NCBI GenBank assembly: GCA_951406725.2
Contig: OX597828.1
Span: 7,502,001-7,566,000, forward strand
DNA length: 64,000 nucleotides
Direction: 5' to 3'
DNA from: Octopus vulgaris
Taxonomy: Eukaryota
How positions within the stretch are numbered: the stretch's first letter is position 1; each line of letters starts with the position of its first letter. The position numbers and the translations under genes were made by a program. The notes below the pieces were generated by a model that had not been told where the DNA came from, searched no databases, and was given only the letters and a program-made list of their open reading frames with translations. Of this stretch, positions 26,880-41,401 are shown piece after piece.

Positions 26880-28000
26880 CTTTGACTAAATAACGGTCGC
26901 TTATTAACTAACAGAATATTGAAGTGCTTGAAAGCTATAAAAGCATATTTTCAGAATCTTCATAAGCAGTAGTTTCTCAAAGCAGGTGGAAATGTTTTCA
27001 AGATGAAGGAAAGGCAAGTAAGTCACCTGTAATCAACTTCTCCCTCCTCCGTTACATTCTTTTCTGGGACACAACTGAGGCATTAGAAGCTGTACAATTG
27101 GTACTACTAGCGAACAGTGGTCCCGGTGCGAGCTCAAGCGTAGTCGCGCCTCCGTGCTTGCAAGTCATGACTAGTCGATCCTTACTTTGTGTTTTTGTGT
27201 TATTTACTTTGTTTAAAAAACTATTTACTTCGTGTTTTTTTTTTACTTTGTTTAACAAAAATTATTTAATTTGTGTAAAAAAATTATTTATTTTGTGTTT
27301 TATTTACTTTGCTAGGTAGTCGTTGTCGGATCGACTACTTATGACTAGTTAACGCAGATAAGCGACTGCACGTGTGCGCGCATCGGGACCACTGTTCGCT
27401 AGTAGTACCGTACAATTTAAGCAAAATAATGGTTGAAATGAAACGAAACTTTAAAGAGAAATAAAGGACTGTGCATGGCGTAGCATTATAGCAGGCCCTT
27501 AAACTCAACCAGCTTATTCCAGCGTGTCTAAGAAGTGTTAAGTAAATCTCATTGTTTTCTATGAAAGTGGAAGTGATAGATACGCGCTCTCCCAGAACAA
27601 CTTTCATAAGAAATCGTCTTAGAAACTTTATAAAGAAAAAAAAAGCGTGCTGAACTTTTCGAAGTTTTCTGTAATGTTGTCGAGCTCTCTACCATTCAAC
27701 ACATTGATAAGAATGAGTTTGGTGAAGTGAGCTAGTTGAGGTTATTAATGATATTCCTGAGATGGTAGATAGCAGTTGTTCTCTTGAGCTATTCAGAAAA
27801 TCTGTGGTCACTTTTACCAACATGAAGCGGGTGAGGGCATATATTCCCCCTATTCTATGCAGTAATGTTTAAACAGAATGAGTTTTTCAATGATGACCTC
27901 AGCTTGGAAAAATGAGAGAAAAAGTTTGCCAGTGGCATCAATCAAAGAACGGGTCTCGTTACATGCCATTTCTTAGAAGAATGTGTAGGCATCTAAAATG
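26880..28000 (+). pseudogene. hAT transposase relic (RW motif region to C-terminal dimerisation domain), interrupted by a MITE
   Basis: NRILKCLKAIKAYFQNL and FTNMKRVRAYIPPILCSNV*TE*VF-SMMTSAWKNERKSL resemble the hAT SNA..ERVFS...W..ERN.L motif; many stops and frameshifts. Confidence 0.6.
27100..27409. mobile_element. MITE with GG termini and 8-bp TSD (Merlin-like)
   Basis: TIR GGTACTACTAGCGAACAGTGGTCCCG (26 bp perfect, ~85 bp imperfect); TSD GTACAATT at 27092-27099 and 27410-27417; internal TATTTACTTTG repeats. Confidence 0.9.
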
Positions 28001-28182
28001 TACTCGGCGTCAGCAGAAAGGGCCTGGAGGTAGCAAATAAAAACTATATGCATATATTTATATGAATACGTAAATATATAATTGTAAGTGAGTGTGCGTG
28101 TGTGTGTGTTCATATGTGCATATAAGGATGTATGAATTCGCCTCTGAAAGCAAATTTCAGGCCAACCATCATCTATGACAAA

Positions 28183-28225
<43 letters not shown>

Positions 28226-28280
28226 GTGTGTGTCTGTATGTATGTGTGTATGTGTGTTTGTGAGTGTCTATGTTTGTGAA

Positions 28281-28325
<45 letters not shown>

Positions 28326-28745
28326 TGAGTGTCTTTGTTGTAAAAAGACTGAATAGAAAAACGGCTTTGGAAAAAATCGGAGATTAATGATCAGACACCT
28401 AGGTTTCAACTAGGTGTATATTACAAAAAAAAAACAAAAACAAAAACCAAACAAACAAACAAAGTACCATGCTTTAACTATATAATAACATGTATTTTTT
28501 TTCTCAATTATAATTGCTTTTTTATTGAATAAAATAACAAAATCTCAAAACGGTTTAAATTCTATTACCTAAACTTCTGAAACAATATACATAAATACAT
28601 ATGGCATAACCTACCGGACCTTTTCGTCACGAATGCAATTCCTCTTTTGCAGAAACTTTGGGAAAAGTGACTCTATTTATTCTTCATGTGAAGACCTGCC
28701 TAACAACATACATACATGCATACATACGTATACATTCACACACAC

Positions 28746-28816
<71 letters not shown>

Positions 28817-29073
28817 AATGCAAATATAATTTACACTCTGCCAATGTTGTTGCGTGTAACCTTTGTTTAGCTTGTCACCTGAATGTGTACTTGTATCGGT
28901 AAGAATATATATGTGAGTGTGTGTGTGTATGAACATACATAGATATATAAATGTGTGTATATATGATATATGTATATATATATATGTGTGTGTGTGTGTA
29001 TAAATATATGTATGTATATATATATATATATATATATATAGATAGATATTTTTCATATATATGTATGTGAGTG

Positions 29074-29139
<66 letters not shown>

Positions 29140-29150
29140 CATATATTTAT

Positions 29151-29199
<49 letters not shown>

Positions 29200-29917
29200 T
29201 ATATACATATATATATACATACACACACCTATAACTTATACATATGTGTACAGGTGCACTCAGATATACAAACTTATACAAATCTATATATAATACCCAC
29301 CGCCCACATGAATGGTTGTGTATTGTGTTTGTTGCATATGTCCTGCTTGTGCGTGTATGTGTTTTTAAGTATGAGTGCTTTTGCGCATATGCGTGCATGT
29401 GCTTATCTGCGCGTATGAGCTTTTGTACCGTTTGGTCTCTACACAGTATGATAAATGTCGAGAACTTGATAGGGCTTGGGAATTTATCTTGTAGTTGTTA
29501 CCCGCATGGTGAACAGATTCGCACGCACGCAGGCGCGCAAACAATCACACAAACACACACACACACCCGCACACACACACACATACACACACACATACAA
29601 ACACGCACACAAATCGCACACACATACACACATGCTTATAGACATTGATAAATGCAGATACATACTCATATAGAAAATTGTATACGCATCAAGCACGCAT
29701 ATACGTATAAGCATACACACACATAAAAACATAAACACACACACTACACATACTACACACGCACACACACACACAACAGACTCGCGCGCGTTTGTAGACG
29801 TTGATAAATGCATATGCATACACATACAGAAAATTACAAGCGCATCACACACACACACTCACACACACACACACGGAAGTGCATACACTTTCACAAGAAT
29901 CATATGCACAGCAGACA

Positions 29918-30017
<100 letters not shown>

Positions 30018-30476
30018 AAACGCACAATCACTTTACACACACTCGAAGCAAACACGTACGTATGCACGCATGCACACGGAAGTACGTACACACACCTAGC
30101 TAACGACACACAGGTAAACAGCGCTTCTTCTATTCGGGTACGTATTTTCGATCGATGGAAGTTTTCAGGTCATGTAGCACGATAATGTAGACATGTCTCT
30201 CTTCTTTTCTTCCCTGTTGAACACTTAAAGTAAACAGTTTTGATAGCCCAGCCACAGGAAAAGAAAGGATGTGGAAAGGATGGAGTAGATGAAAGGGCCG
30301 GTTGGGCGAGCGTGAGCGCTCATATGTGTGTGCCTATATGTATATTTATGTGTGTGTGTGTTTGTAAGTATGTATATATATATATATGTGTGTCTGTGTG
30401 TGTGTGTGCGTATGTGAGTGTTTGTAAGTATGTATGTATATTTATGTGTGTGTGTGTGTGTGTGTTTGTAAGTATG

Positions 30477-30507
<31 letters not shown>

Positions 30508-30518
30508 TTGTGTGTATG

Positions 30519-30550
<32 letters not shown>

Positions 30551-30714
30551 AGTGTTTTTAAGTATGTATATATATATATGTGTGTGTGTGTATGTGTGTG
30601 TGTGTGCGTGTGTGTGTGTGTGCGTGTGTATACATATATAAATTTTACGTATCACAATCAGATAAAATTCCGGAGGAGGAAAAGCATTTAGATAAGAGAC
30701 TCCGCAAATAGGTA

Positions 30715-30741
30715 ATAACGATAATAATAATAATAGTAATG

Positions 30742-30808
<67 letters not shown>

Positions 30809-30969
30809 TGATGATGATGATGATGATGATAATAATAATAATAATAATAACAACGATAATAATAATAATAATGATAATGATAATAATAATGATAATAATA
30901 ATAATAATAACAACGATAATAATAATAATTGTAATAATAATGATAATAATAATAATGATGATGATGATG

Positions 30970-31000
<31 letters not shown>

Positions 31001-31056
31001 TAATAATAACAACGATAATAATAATAATGATAATAATAATAATGATGATGATGATG

Positions 31057-31108
<52 letters not shown>

Positions 31109-31200
31109 TGATGATGATGATGATTATGATGATGATAACAATAGTAGTAGAACTATAAGTAGTAGTAGTAGTAGTAGTAGTAGTTGTTGTTGTTGTGGTA
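30715..31200. repeat. (AAT)n/(GAT)n/(GTA)n/(GTT)n compound trinucleotide array
   Basis: Directly visible. Confidence 0.97.
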
Positions 31201-32382
31201 GTAAAGATCCTGAAAAGAGAATGAGATGAAAAATGTAAGGAGAAAAATGAGAAAGAGAGTGGGAGGGGGGAGAAAAAGGGAGAGAGGTGAGTGGGTGACT
31301 GATAAATTGAAGAAATAAGCAGAAAGACTAAGAGATAAATAAACATACATAAATATACACCCAGCTAAATAAATACATGTCAAAGACATGCATTCTTGTA
31401 TGAATTACATACACACACACACACACACACAGTGGTACAACGTCACACACAAAGATACGTAGCAACGAATATGCATACATGACTTGACACACGTAAAATC
31501 AGTCACGAGGGGCTGCAAGAAAATAAAAAAATAAAAACAGGACATAGAGAAAAAAATAAACTAAATGTTTTCCGCCAGGAATATTCCAAGAAGATAACCG
31601 CTCTATACTGCTATTTATTCTCTCGCAGCAATATGTTGTCGTAACAGTTAAGGAAATCCAAATACCCATCTCAGCTGTAATTTCTTTCATAAATGACCTA
31701 AAGCGGTGACATGTACAGAAAAGCTATCTCCTAGCAAATGATAGCTATCTAATACCCGCTGAATTAAAAGAAACGGAGAAAGTAGAAAGGAAGAAAAAAA
31801 AATGAGAGAAAAAAATGCCTATAAGTAACTGAGATGTGATGGAAAATGTCAGTTAAGTGAAAGTCGTGTTGAAGATTGCTCACATCAGAAGCAGAAACTC
31901 CAAAAAAGATGTCAACATGGTACGGTTCTCTTAATGAAGCATGTTATCTAAACGAAAAACGATATTCGGTGTCGTTCTTCGACAGAAGTAATATGATGTG
32001 AAAACCAAAATCGCAAAATCGCAATCAAGTTTCAAGTGAATGTATTCCATACTTTTCAAAATAACAGATAGTGCTGAAATGACACAATCAAAACAGCTTT
32101 TATTCTTAAACACAACAAGAGGACTAAAAATAGCCATCTGTTGAAGAAATTATCTGTACGGCTTCCATGAAGAATCGCGTAAAAACGTTAAAAAAGAAAA
32201 CATCCAGTTCCAATTGACACAAGATCTAGATTCTTTTATTTGCTATCCTACAGTTGTTGTTCTTCTCCGAAACTCTTTTTTGTCAGCTAACATGGTTCTG
32301 GAGGTTAACTTTAATTCATCTCAATATCAGCTTTCCGTGTTGTTCATTCATGTCGTCTGCTGTATGTAGATTACGTATGATT

Positions 32383-32508
32383 CATTGACCTACTAAAATG
32401 AACAGCCAAATCTTCCCCAAATCACGCATTACGGTCTTAAAGAAAGAAACAACCTATGAGATAATGTAGACCTAAATATAATATGGCCGTAAATTGTAAA
32501 ATAAGAAA

Positions 32509-32552
<44 letters not shown>

Positions 32553-32930
32553 AGGAAAGAAAGCAGTTAATTGGAAGAATAGTTAGAGTCAGACAAAATG
32601 CTTTGTGGTATTTCTTTCGTATCTTGACATCCTGAGTTCAACTCTGTCGAGGTCATGTTTATTTTTCATCTTTCCACGGTCGGTGAAATAAAGTGGCATT
32701 CAAGATCTAAAGTCGATTAAATCGACTCCACCCATACATACAATAAGAAAAAGAAACAAAACAAAAGAAAAAACAAAAAAAAAAGAAGAAAAAAATGCAA
32801 ATATATTACATGTTCAAAAATATAATCCGGTTGACAAAATTCTAGCATAAAATCGGACGCTTTTGATCATACGTTTTGATCATCCATTCTTTACTGACCT
32901 GGGGCTAAACAAGCATCAACAACAACAACT
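32383..32930 (+). mobile_element. Unclassified interspersed repeat (family E), interrupted by (GAAA)n and a SINE B
   Basis: GACCTACTAAAATGAACAGCCAAATC... and ...TTTGATCATA...TGACCTGGGGCTAAAC(AAC)n; also seen at 35400-35592, 34440-34557 and inverted at about 13925-14090. Confidence 0.5.
32575..32735 (+). mobile_element. SINE family B, degenerate
   Basis: CAAAATGCTTTGTGGTATTTC...CTGAGTTCAACTCTGTCGAGGTC...CGGTCGGTGAAATAAAGT. Confidence 0.7.
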
Positions 32931-33344
32931 ATGTATATTGGACATAATATTGATTTTATCGGGTGAAAAGCGGGTGACAGACGTGACAAAAACGTTACAT
33001 CATGGCACAGACTTCCAAGTGAATCTGAAGTCAACATTGCAATCTAACGAGACGTGATTCTGGTTACAACTGCAAGCTATATAGATATATGTTAGCCATT
33101 TCAAATCGAAAGATCTAAGAGAAATCGGGAGAGTCTAAAGTAGCGTTGCTCAATCTTTTTGATTCCGTGCCTTACTGAAAAAAAAAAAATCAAATAAAAA
33201 TTGACTGACGTACTTCACATGGCAAGTTTAAAAGAAACTGATTAGAAGTTCAACATTTAGAAAAAAAAAATGCAAAACTGTTTGTTACCTTGTGCTATGT
33301 TGTAAATCCTACCTATAACAAAATTACGCATAATATGTTTGTTC

Positions 33345-33820
33345 AAGGTAGTGTTATTACCTTCTGAGTTGAAAGCTGCTGAGGTTAACTTTGTATTACA
33401 TCCTTCCAGTGTCGATTAAAAACAGTGCCATCCAAGAACTAGGAGGAGGAGAGCCCTTCGGTCTTGAATGACCATAGGATTACACCTAGAAAGTTACCCA
33501 CCGAGGCACAAGTTCGGGCAAGGTTGTTTATGGAAGGCCAGCAGTCGCCCATGCATACCAGCCTCCCTACTTCACACCACTGATGTTATCCAAGGGAAAG
33601 GCCAAGGGGCCGATACAGCTTGGCACCAGTGTTGTCGCAACTCGCTTCTACAGCTGAGTGAACTGGTGCAACATGAAATAAAATGTCTTGCTCAAGAATA
33701 CAACACAGCTCGGTCCGGGAATCGAACTCACAACCTTACGATCGTAAGCTCTACGCTCTAACCACTAAGCCATGCGCCTTCACACCATCCAAGAACTAGA
33801 GGTCATTAAATTGACACTTC
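33345..33820 (+). mobile_element. SINE family B fragment hosting a SINE C insertion
   Basis: TTCTGAGTTGAAAGCTGCTGAGGTTAACTTTG..CATCCTTCCAGTGTCGATTAAA continues after 33799. Confidence 0.6.
33443..33784 (-). mobile_element. SINE family C, full length, 15-bp TSD
   Basis: TSD CCATCCAAGAACTAG at 33428-33442 and 33785-33799; short (CCT)n tail. Confidence 0.95.
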
Positions 33821-33825
33821 TATAT

Positions 33826-33860
<35 letters not shown>

Positions 33861-35399
33861 GAAAAGTGATCTTTTGTCTACTCTCAAAAGATATATAAAA
33901 CAATATGTAGAAGTATATATAACAAATGGGGTAGAAAGTCAGGTGTTTTTAAGAATTCGCGACGCATCTGGATACTTGAGACACCCCATTTTTAACAGGA
34001 CAATTTTTAAGTCTTTGCTATGGATCGTGGTACGTTAACAATGGAATGTGAAATAACAATACTTAAAGTCGAGGTCTAACACTTTATCGATTTGTCTGAC
34101 GCTCAACCAGCGAAGATGAATCTATTGACGGATAAGCATGTTATTCTTTAAAAACTACTGACATACATTGGTTGTAGGTAGACAACAGTTGAGCGTCACC
34201 GTAGACAAGAGAGCATGCGTTGTGGCCCGCTGAATCTGTTGGAGACAGTAGATTAATGTTCATCGTATCATCAGGACTGTCTTATTAACATTACATGGAT
34301 ATGTATTACAGTGGAATCCCTATATACATTACCACTGCATACTCGATTATCAAAGGGCTTTAGATCAGGCATATGACCAGAATGTTGATGCAAATCATGG
34401 CACTGACTATGACACCGTACTAAAGTTAAACAAAGGGAATTATACATTGGACTGCGTTGTTCAACATACCTTATGTCTGGATAAAAAAACAAATTGATCA
34501 AGATTATAATATCTGTGATCACATGTCATGTTTAGCAGTGTTGACCTGGGGTTAAAAAGTGAAAACATAACATCACTGTGGTGGAAGTAAAAGGCGGGAC
34601 AAAAATTCCATATTGTATATGTCAACAAGTATCAAAACTCTTGATAGTAGAATTACAGCCATACTTACCACTATTCGACCATTCTACGCTTGAATCTAAA
34701 CAGTCGATTCGTATCTCCATTCCTCCAACCAATCACTAAATTGTGTTGGTGCAATTGGTTGCGCTCGCATGTTTTCATCAGCTGTCTCTACTTATATTCC
34801 GAGTTACACTTCACTGAGTTTCCTTTTACACTTGTATACAATGTTTGTATAAACACTAATAGTTTCGTATTGACTGGTGTCGATGTTTCGTGTCGTTTTG
34901 TTATAACGTTTCTATTCATGATTGTTGACATCTATTAATATATTCGCAATGTTGACATTACATATTTAGAAAAACTAGTATTATTACATTCATATTGGCA
35001 TTTATTATCAGAGCTACATTGTGGTTTACATTCAGTTACCTCTGTTTGGCTTTTGTACATTAACTAGTTTCAGTCATTGAGCTGCAATTCGGAGCCTCAA
35101 TCGATTCGGCTATAATATTTTACTGTCTACGCCATCGTTCTCGTCACGTACTAAATGTAAAGTGAATATAAGGGGAGATAATTCCCCAACCCTAACCCTA
35201 AAACTAACTGTAATATATTTCTGTTCGAAGGTAACGATTTTCATCTCACATTGATACACGAAAACAAGCAAATGTGTGTATGTTTATAAATGTATACACA
35301 CATATAAGTTGTCACATTCGCTCAACTTTCAATAATATTGTTGGAAGATAGCACCTCCCTAACAACGAAAATGATAGCTCAAAAACTGAAGGCATAAGC

Positions 35400-35592
35400 G
35401 TGAGAGACTCCAAGCAGTCACGCATTCTAGAAATAGCAGTCAAATCTCAATCGAATAACGCTTCGCTGTCTTTGAAATGGGTATACAGGATAATGTAATT
35501 CTTCTTTTCGTGGCATAAGAAAAAAGTCATGATGGCCACGGCTAGAATGCCTTTGATCATACGTCTTCTTAATATTAAACTGGGGGTAAACA
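35400..35592 (+). mobile_element. Family E interspersed repeat
   Basis: CTAGAAATAGCAGTCAAATCTC...GGATAATGTA...GGCTAGAATGCCTTTGATCATA...CTGGGGGTAAAC, then a trinucleotide tail. Confidence 0.55.
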
Positions 35593-36244
35593 TCATCATT
35601 ATCATCATCATCATCATCGTCGTCGTCGTCGTTGTCAGTAACAACAACAACCACAACAATAACAAAAAAGTAATAGCAATAAAATATAAAAAATTGTTAT
35701 GATTTCTTATTCTTATTTTTATTTATTTTACATTATTGATTCTTTTTTTGGTTGTTGTTGCAAGGCAGGAGAGGAATTTGAAGTGAGGTGGGGTGGAGGC
35801 CAGATTTGTGTTTTTTGATAAAGTAAGTAGGGAAAGGATATTTTAAGTTGATCTTGCCCCAAACTTCCGTAGAGTTTGTTAGGATCTGCACTTAATTTTG
35901 ATCTCTGCGGTATTAAGTGGATGACAAATAAAATCCCCCACTGAGTAGAGAAAGTTTACAACTGTCAACGTTTCTGTCAGTTGGTTTATGTTCCTTGTAG
36001 GTAATTAATTCGAGGCACAGAAGTTCAAAATGTCCCGCATAAAGACACACAAAATAGAAAAAAATGGCGAGCAGTGGGAATGAACTCGAGAGATAATAAC
36101 TTGTTTTATCATATATTCACTGGCACATTTGTGTATACATCTGTATATGATCGGTACTTATACATACATATATATCTTTCTGTCTGTCTGCCTGTCTCTC
36201 TCTCTCTCGCCAGGTCGATCGATCAATTGATTTGTGGGGGGGGG

Positions 36245-36566
36245 GGGGAGCGTCGGGCTCACAATCCTGAGGTTGTGAGTTTGACTACCGAACCGGACTG
36301 TGTGTTGTGTTCTTGAGCAAGACACTTTATTTCACGTTGCTCCAGTTCACTCAGCTGTAGAAATGAGTTGCAGTATCCATCCCTGGTACCAAGCTGTATC
36401 GGCCTCTGCCTTAATCTTGGATAACATGGGTGGCGTGGAGAGGAGAGGCTGGTATGCATGGGCGACTGCTGGTCTTACATAAGCAACCATGCCCGGACAT
36501 GTGCCTCGGAGGATAACTTTTTAGGTGTAAATCCATAGTCATTCATGACCGAAGGGGCCCTTTCTC
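36245..36566 (+). mobile_element. SINE family C
   Basis: Reverse-complement homolog of 33443-33784; the 5' end is replaced by a G run. Confidence 0.9.
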
Positions 36567-36720
36567 GTATGTTTTCATGTATGTATGCATGTGCGTATGT
36601 TTTCATTATTCATTATTATTTCAATATTTCTTGTCAATAGAGAAAGAGCCGGTTTCTAACCATTGGAATTTCAACAACATGCATGCACGATTAAATGTGC
36701 GTATCTGTATTTCACATATA

Positions 36721-36946
36721 TACGAGGAGGTGCTAAAAAGTTCCTCAGTTTAAGGGTACCCATCCTGAAAGGCCTGACTGAAGGCCCAACCTTCAGAGTT
36801 CATTTACAGGGCTTAGAAAACTGAAAGACCGCTGCAATACGTGTGTGAATCAGAGACGATAATATTCTAAATAAAACCATGATTAAATGATCTTCCTATA
36901 TTTTTATATTGCTCAAAGCCAGGAACGTTGCAGTACCCCTCATGTA
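36721..36946 (+). mobile_element. Internally deleted mariner (MITE)
   Basis: TA|CGAGGAGGTGCTAAAAAGTTCCT ... AGGAACGTTGCAGTACCCCTC; retains a transposase C-terminus SFTGLRKLKDRCNTCVNQRR*Y (compare F..GI.KL..RW.KCV...G.Y). Confidence 0.75.
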
Positions 36947-36984
36947 TACGTGTGTGATTGTGTTTATATGTTCACCGAGGATCC

Positions 36985-39090
36985 TTAAATTGAGAACCCC
37001 AGGAATATCTAAACGAATTTTTCCTGTTCCTCTAATCGATTTTATCTGTAGAATGCGAATGAGCTTTATCTGTTCCTGCTTTTGGAGAACGCAAACAACT
37101 TTAGGTTTCTATGCAGATCCTTTTTTAAATAACCCACTGCACCACTGATAACAGAAATAACGGAAAATATATCATCCATCTATAAGAGCTGAAGATTTCT
37201 CATCAGCTCTCCACGAATGTTCCCCTTTCTTCAGTTTTTGGAAAGACCCTCACATCTGCTGTGTAGCTGACCTTTACAATAGTTCACAACGTTTCATCCT
37301 TGTCCCATGTCAGCTTGTCGTTGTTTTTAACTAGTATGTTCCACTACTACTCTTGTCTTGGGTCACCTTTGGTATGGCCATCAGAAAAACCTTTCTTGCG
37401 TATAGCAATGCAGACCATCTTAGCAACAGTGTCATATTTCGAGTGAAGGTAGTATCTTGCGAATGGTTTTTCACATACTAGTGATAACTTTGGTATTTCC
37501 CAGAATGGTTGGAACAAGCGATAATTTTTAGCACAACGTAGAAGTTAAGAGGTTGATCAGATATTTCGCAGGTATCTCATATACTTTGATTGCAAAACCA
37601 TATCCAGGAGAAATGTGATGTACTTATTACGGGTCCAGTAGAGTCTGCTATTTCTGTTAATGTGCTATCAATCTCTAACTTGCGGGATATGTACCCATGC
37701 ATAATTTTTTGGCAATATGATGAGTATTTCACTTCCATGTCTCCGTATAAGTAGTTCAGTTCAGTCACCTTCGGTTCACACGGAGGAAATGTAAACGCAA
37801 AGTACTTTTCAAGTATTCTTCGCCTAATAGCATATGTCTTCATTGTTAAATATACACCTGATATACTCATTATTCTTCAACCTCCAACCTTCCGTTTAAC
37901 ATAGATCCTATCATTATCACTGATGAGGAGGAAGCTACAAGCCATTGTTAGTATCTTTCTAGTTCTAGAATCCAATTTTCAGATTTCTTTGTGTTCAGTC
38001 TAGTATCACCAATGCAGGTACGGAAGCATTGTAAAGTATAGTTTTATTGACTGCAGCCAGCTCTGACTTACCATACCTTGCGAAATCTGCGGAAGTATTC
38101 TTTTGTCATCTAGCTTTACTCAGAGGATCATCATATGCAACATTCTCGTCGATTCCCAGTTATTAGTAATATGATATCTATATACCTTGCCTAGTCGACA
38201 AACTTTCCTCGGCTGATTACGAACACTAGTTCTGGCGAAACCACCTTCCTATATCTCATGAAAGTGTTGCGGCCATCTTTAACTGTTTCTTGATGTTATA
38301 AGTATTGCTCGAGTACAACTTAAGGTCATAAAAAGTTACATTAATCTTTCTTTTATCTGCATCCCTATCATGTAACCCCTGTATTTCTTCAACAGGGTTG
38401 ACAAAGGTTCGCTGCTAAGACGATAAACATTACAGATAAGCTGTTATCCCAAAATATTTCTTTCGATAGTTTAATTCTTTTAGTTCTTATCGATAATTCT
38501 GTTGACCATTTAGTTGTCAGCCTCTTCATGGCATTGACTACGGCAGTTGGAAACCTAGCAAGGTGCAGAGACTCAATCTATGAATGAACAGAGTCGAACG
38601 CCACCTTATAGTTTAGCTATACAGTGATCAGGTTTTTCTTCCTTAAGGACAGTTTTGTTCATTCATGAGATGTTTAGCACATCTTCAGACTCCTTTTTTT
38701 TCCCTTCTCCTGCCTGCTTTTCTATTACCACAATGTGTGTTTGATAGTAAATCTCGGAGAAATGCAACCTATAAATCCTATAGTTTTTAGTCATTTGCGT
38801 CTCCTGGTTTTTAGCTATGCGCAACTACCAACTCATCTGGCACATTAATCTCGGCCTTCATTGTTGTTTCGAATAGGATAACTGGAGATGCCTTATAAAA
38901 GGTGACCTTTCTATACCAATAACCAACACTTAGGGCACCCTCAGATGATTTTTCTATTCGGTACTTTTGCAACAACCGCTAAGATGGTTTCACACTTGAT
39001 ATCATTTTTGGCGAGAATTTTACACTGAACTCACTCCGTAGCTCAACTACACACTTTGCATCACGGTTATGCCGTTGTTTTACATTCTAA
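36985..39090 (-). pseudogene. Decayed R4/Dong-like non-LTR retrotransposon (RT plus C-terminal restriction-like endonuclease)
   Basis: Frameshifted motifs in order: HNRDAK..L, KNYR, LNYKVAFDSV, SLSVMF, DLKLYS, LGIDEN, EYFRRFRKVW, LDSRTRKILTM, DRIYVKRKVGG, KIMHGY, YDTVAKMV, GELMRNLQLL, ISGAVGY. Confidence 0.85.
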
Positions 39091-39799
39091 GTCTTTTCCA
39101 AAATGACTCGAGATGATCCAGGGAAGACGTTTCTAACAATCTTGATGGAATTACTTTTAATACAGCAATACGTCGCTAGTGGATTTATTACAAACATGCA
39201 ATTGATGGGTTTTCGTTCAAGTATGTTGTTCTTATAACGAAATTGTTCGCTTACGTATGTATGGACATATATAATATTATGCTTTATATCATATTTTATT
39301 ATATACTTACGTTTATATATGTATACACACATACACACACATGTATACCTATATATATATATATAATAGCACTATGTTACGGGACATGTTTTATCGATAG
39401 CAGCGGTATTAAGTTAGCTGATATTTAAATAGAATAATAATAACCTGAATTGATGGATTTGAACTTAAAGCTTAAAAGCAACAAACTGCGTCTGGTATTT
39501 GATAACATTTATGAACCCTGAAGATTATTGTTTTGTCTGGGTCGTGTCAAAAGTCAATGGTTATAACACAAAATCATGAAGTATGTTTGTTGTCGGAGAC
39601 AGGAATAACTATTCCGTATTAAGCTATATGGAGCTCTTTCTAAACGAATGCTATTTTTTCTCTTGAGTTTCGCTTCACGTTTTATCCCCATGACGCTAAG
39701 AACGATAAAGCAACAAGAACAGCAATAGCAATACAGGTAAGAAAACAAGAAGAAAATGCACTACTAAAATAAAATATACAAATATATACATCAAAAATG

Positions 39800-40290
39800 T
39801 ACTAGGATTGTGGAGGGAACACTAACAGGGGTTTTAGCTGTCTTGAGTAAAAGTGAATTGGTGAATATGAGTATAATATGGTTAGGTGGTAGGGCAAGTT
39901 ATTCTGAGAAGAGAATGAATTTGGGATTGGTTTTACTAGAGAGATATATGTAGATAGGAATTGGAAATAAAATGCGTAGGGAAATTCGATGGCTTTATGG
40001 GCTTACTGATCTATAATAACCACATATAAGATTTGTAAAAGGGACCTAGATATCCTACATGAAGAAGAATAGATGGACCAATTGCAATGCACGCGTCGAG
40101 ACTTTACGAACTGTGAGACGCAGAAGAGTATGCTTTGTTTTCTTGATGGTCAACTTGCATATACTAGGATGATTCAGAACAGTATCCCTGAAGCTATAAC
40201 TGTGGTTGTTTACCCAAGCTGTGGTGGTCAGTGTTCTTAGCCTGCACAATAGCTACACATATGGTCATTTGGTGTGAGATCGATATCCTC
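39800..40290 (-). pseudogene. Probable LINE 3' end (I/Ingi/Nimb-like C-terminal region)
   Basis: CRLRT-DHHSLGK and SICKLTIKKTKHTLLR resemble RLRTGH..L and the C..C....ET..H.L..C knuckle. Confidence 0.4.
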
Positions 40291-40941
40291 AGTAAAAGAC
40301 AGGAGGTAGTTAGAGATTTGTCAGTGGGTGAGTATAAGGGGGAAAAAAGTTAGCAAAACACTAGAAAGGAATAATGAGAGAAGAATGAGTAGAGAGATAG
40401 AGCAAAGAAGAAAAAAGATAATAAAAGGACAAAAAATAGAGACAAGACTAAGAGAAAGGAATGGGTGTTGATAGTAATGCTGATGGTGGTGTTGGTGGTG
40501 GGTCAAATAGTTAATTAATTACGAGAGAAAGAATGAAATTAAAGTAAAGGTGGGAAATGACCCAAGAGAATTTATGATCGATATACAATTGGATTCTTGA
40601 AATTCAGTTCTTTAATCAGTGAAAAAAAATAAGGAGAGGAGATAATTAAAGAAAAAAAAATCAAAAGGAATGATAAAAAAAAACGATAAAAATGATCAAG
40701 AGGTGGCGTAAACTTATTTCCATGGTTACCTGGTATCAATTATAGGATATGTGCGTGTCCATGTGCGCGCATGCGTGCGCGTGCGTGTGTAGATAATGCG
40801 TACTAATGTGTGCATGCGTGAGTGTATATATGTCTGTGATTGTGCATACATAAACGTATATAGATCTGTGTGGTATTCATGTGTCATGGATGTATGTTTT
40901 GCCTGTAAATACCTGTGTACGTATATGTATGCATATGTATG

Positions 40942-40983
<42 letters not shown>

Positions 40984-41084
40984 TGCGTGTGTATATATAT
41001 GTGTGTGTATATGTATATATATATATACATATATATATGTGTATATATGCATATATATGTATGTATATATACATATACATACAT

Positions 41085-41133
<49 letters not shown>

Positions 41134-41269
41134 CATATATACAGAGAGAGAGAGAAAGAAAGGAAGAAAGAAAAAGAGAGAGCGAGAGACAGAAGGAGTG
41201 AAATAATGTCATCAGTCGCATATACGTGTGAACACGCAGATACCTTATCGCACATATAAGTCACACTTA

Positions 41270-41279
41270 GAGAGAGAAA

Positions 41280-41334
<55 letters not shown>

Positions 41335-41369
41335 GGAGATAGACAGACAAAGAGTGAGAGTGAGAGAGT

Positions 41370-41400
<31 letters not shown>
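41270..41400. repeat. (AG)n/(AGAC)n microsatellite
   Basis: Directly visible. Confidence 0.95.

Positions 41401-41401
<1 letters not shown>

Noticed and set aside
31700-32330. Unique-looking A-rich stretch as a transposase relic
   Set aside because: No diagnostic motif could be read in any frame examined.
34577-34962. Possible solo LTR (TGTGGTG...CATTACA)
   Set aside because: No TSD and no second copy in the window.
35184-35208. (CCCTAA)n as a true telomere or fusion scar
   Set aside because: Only about three units; more likely part of a repeat element.
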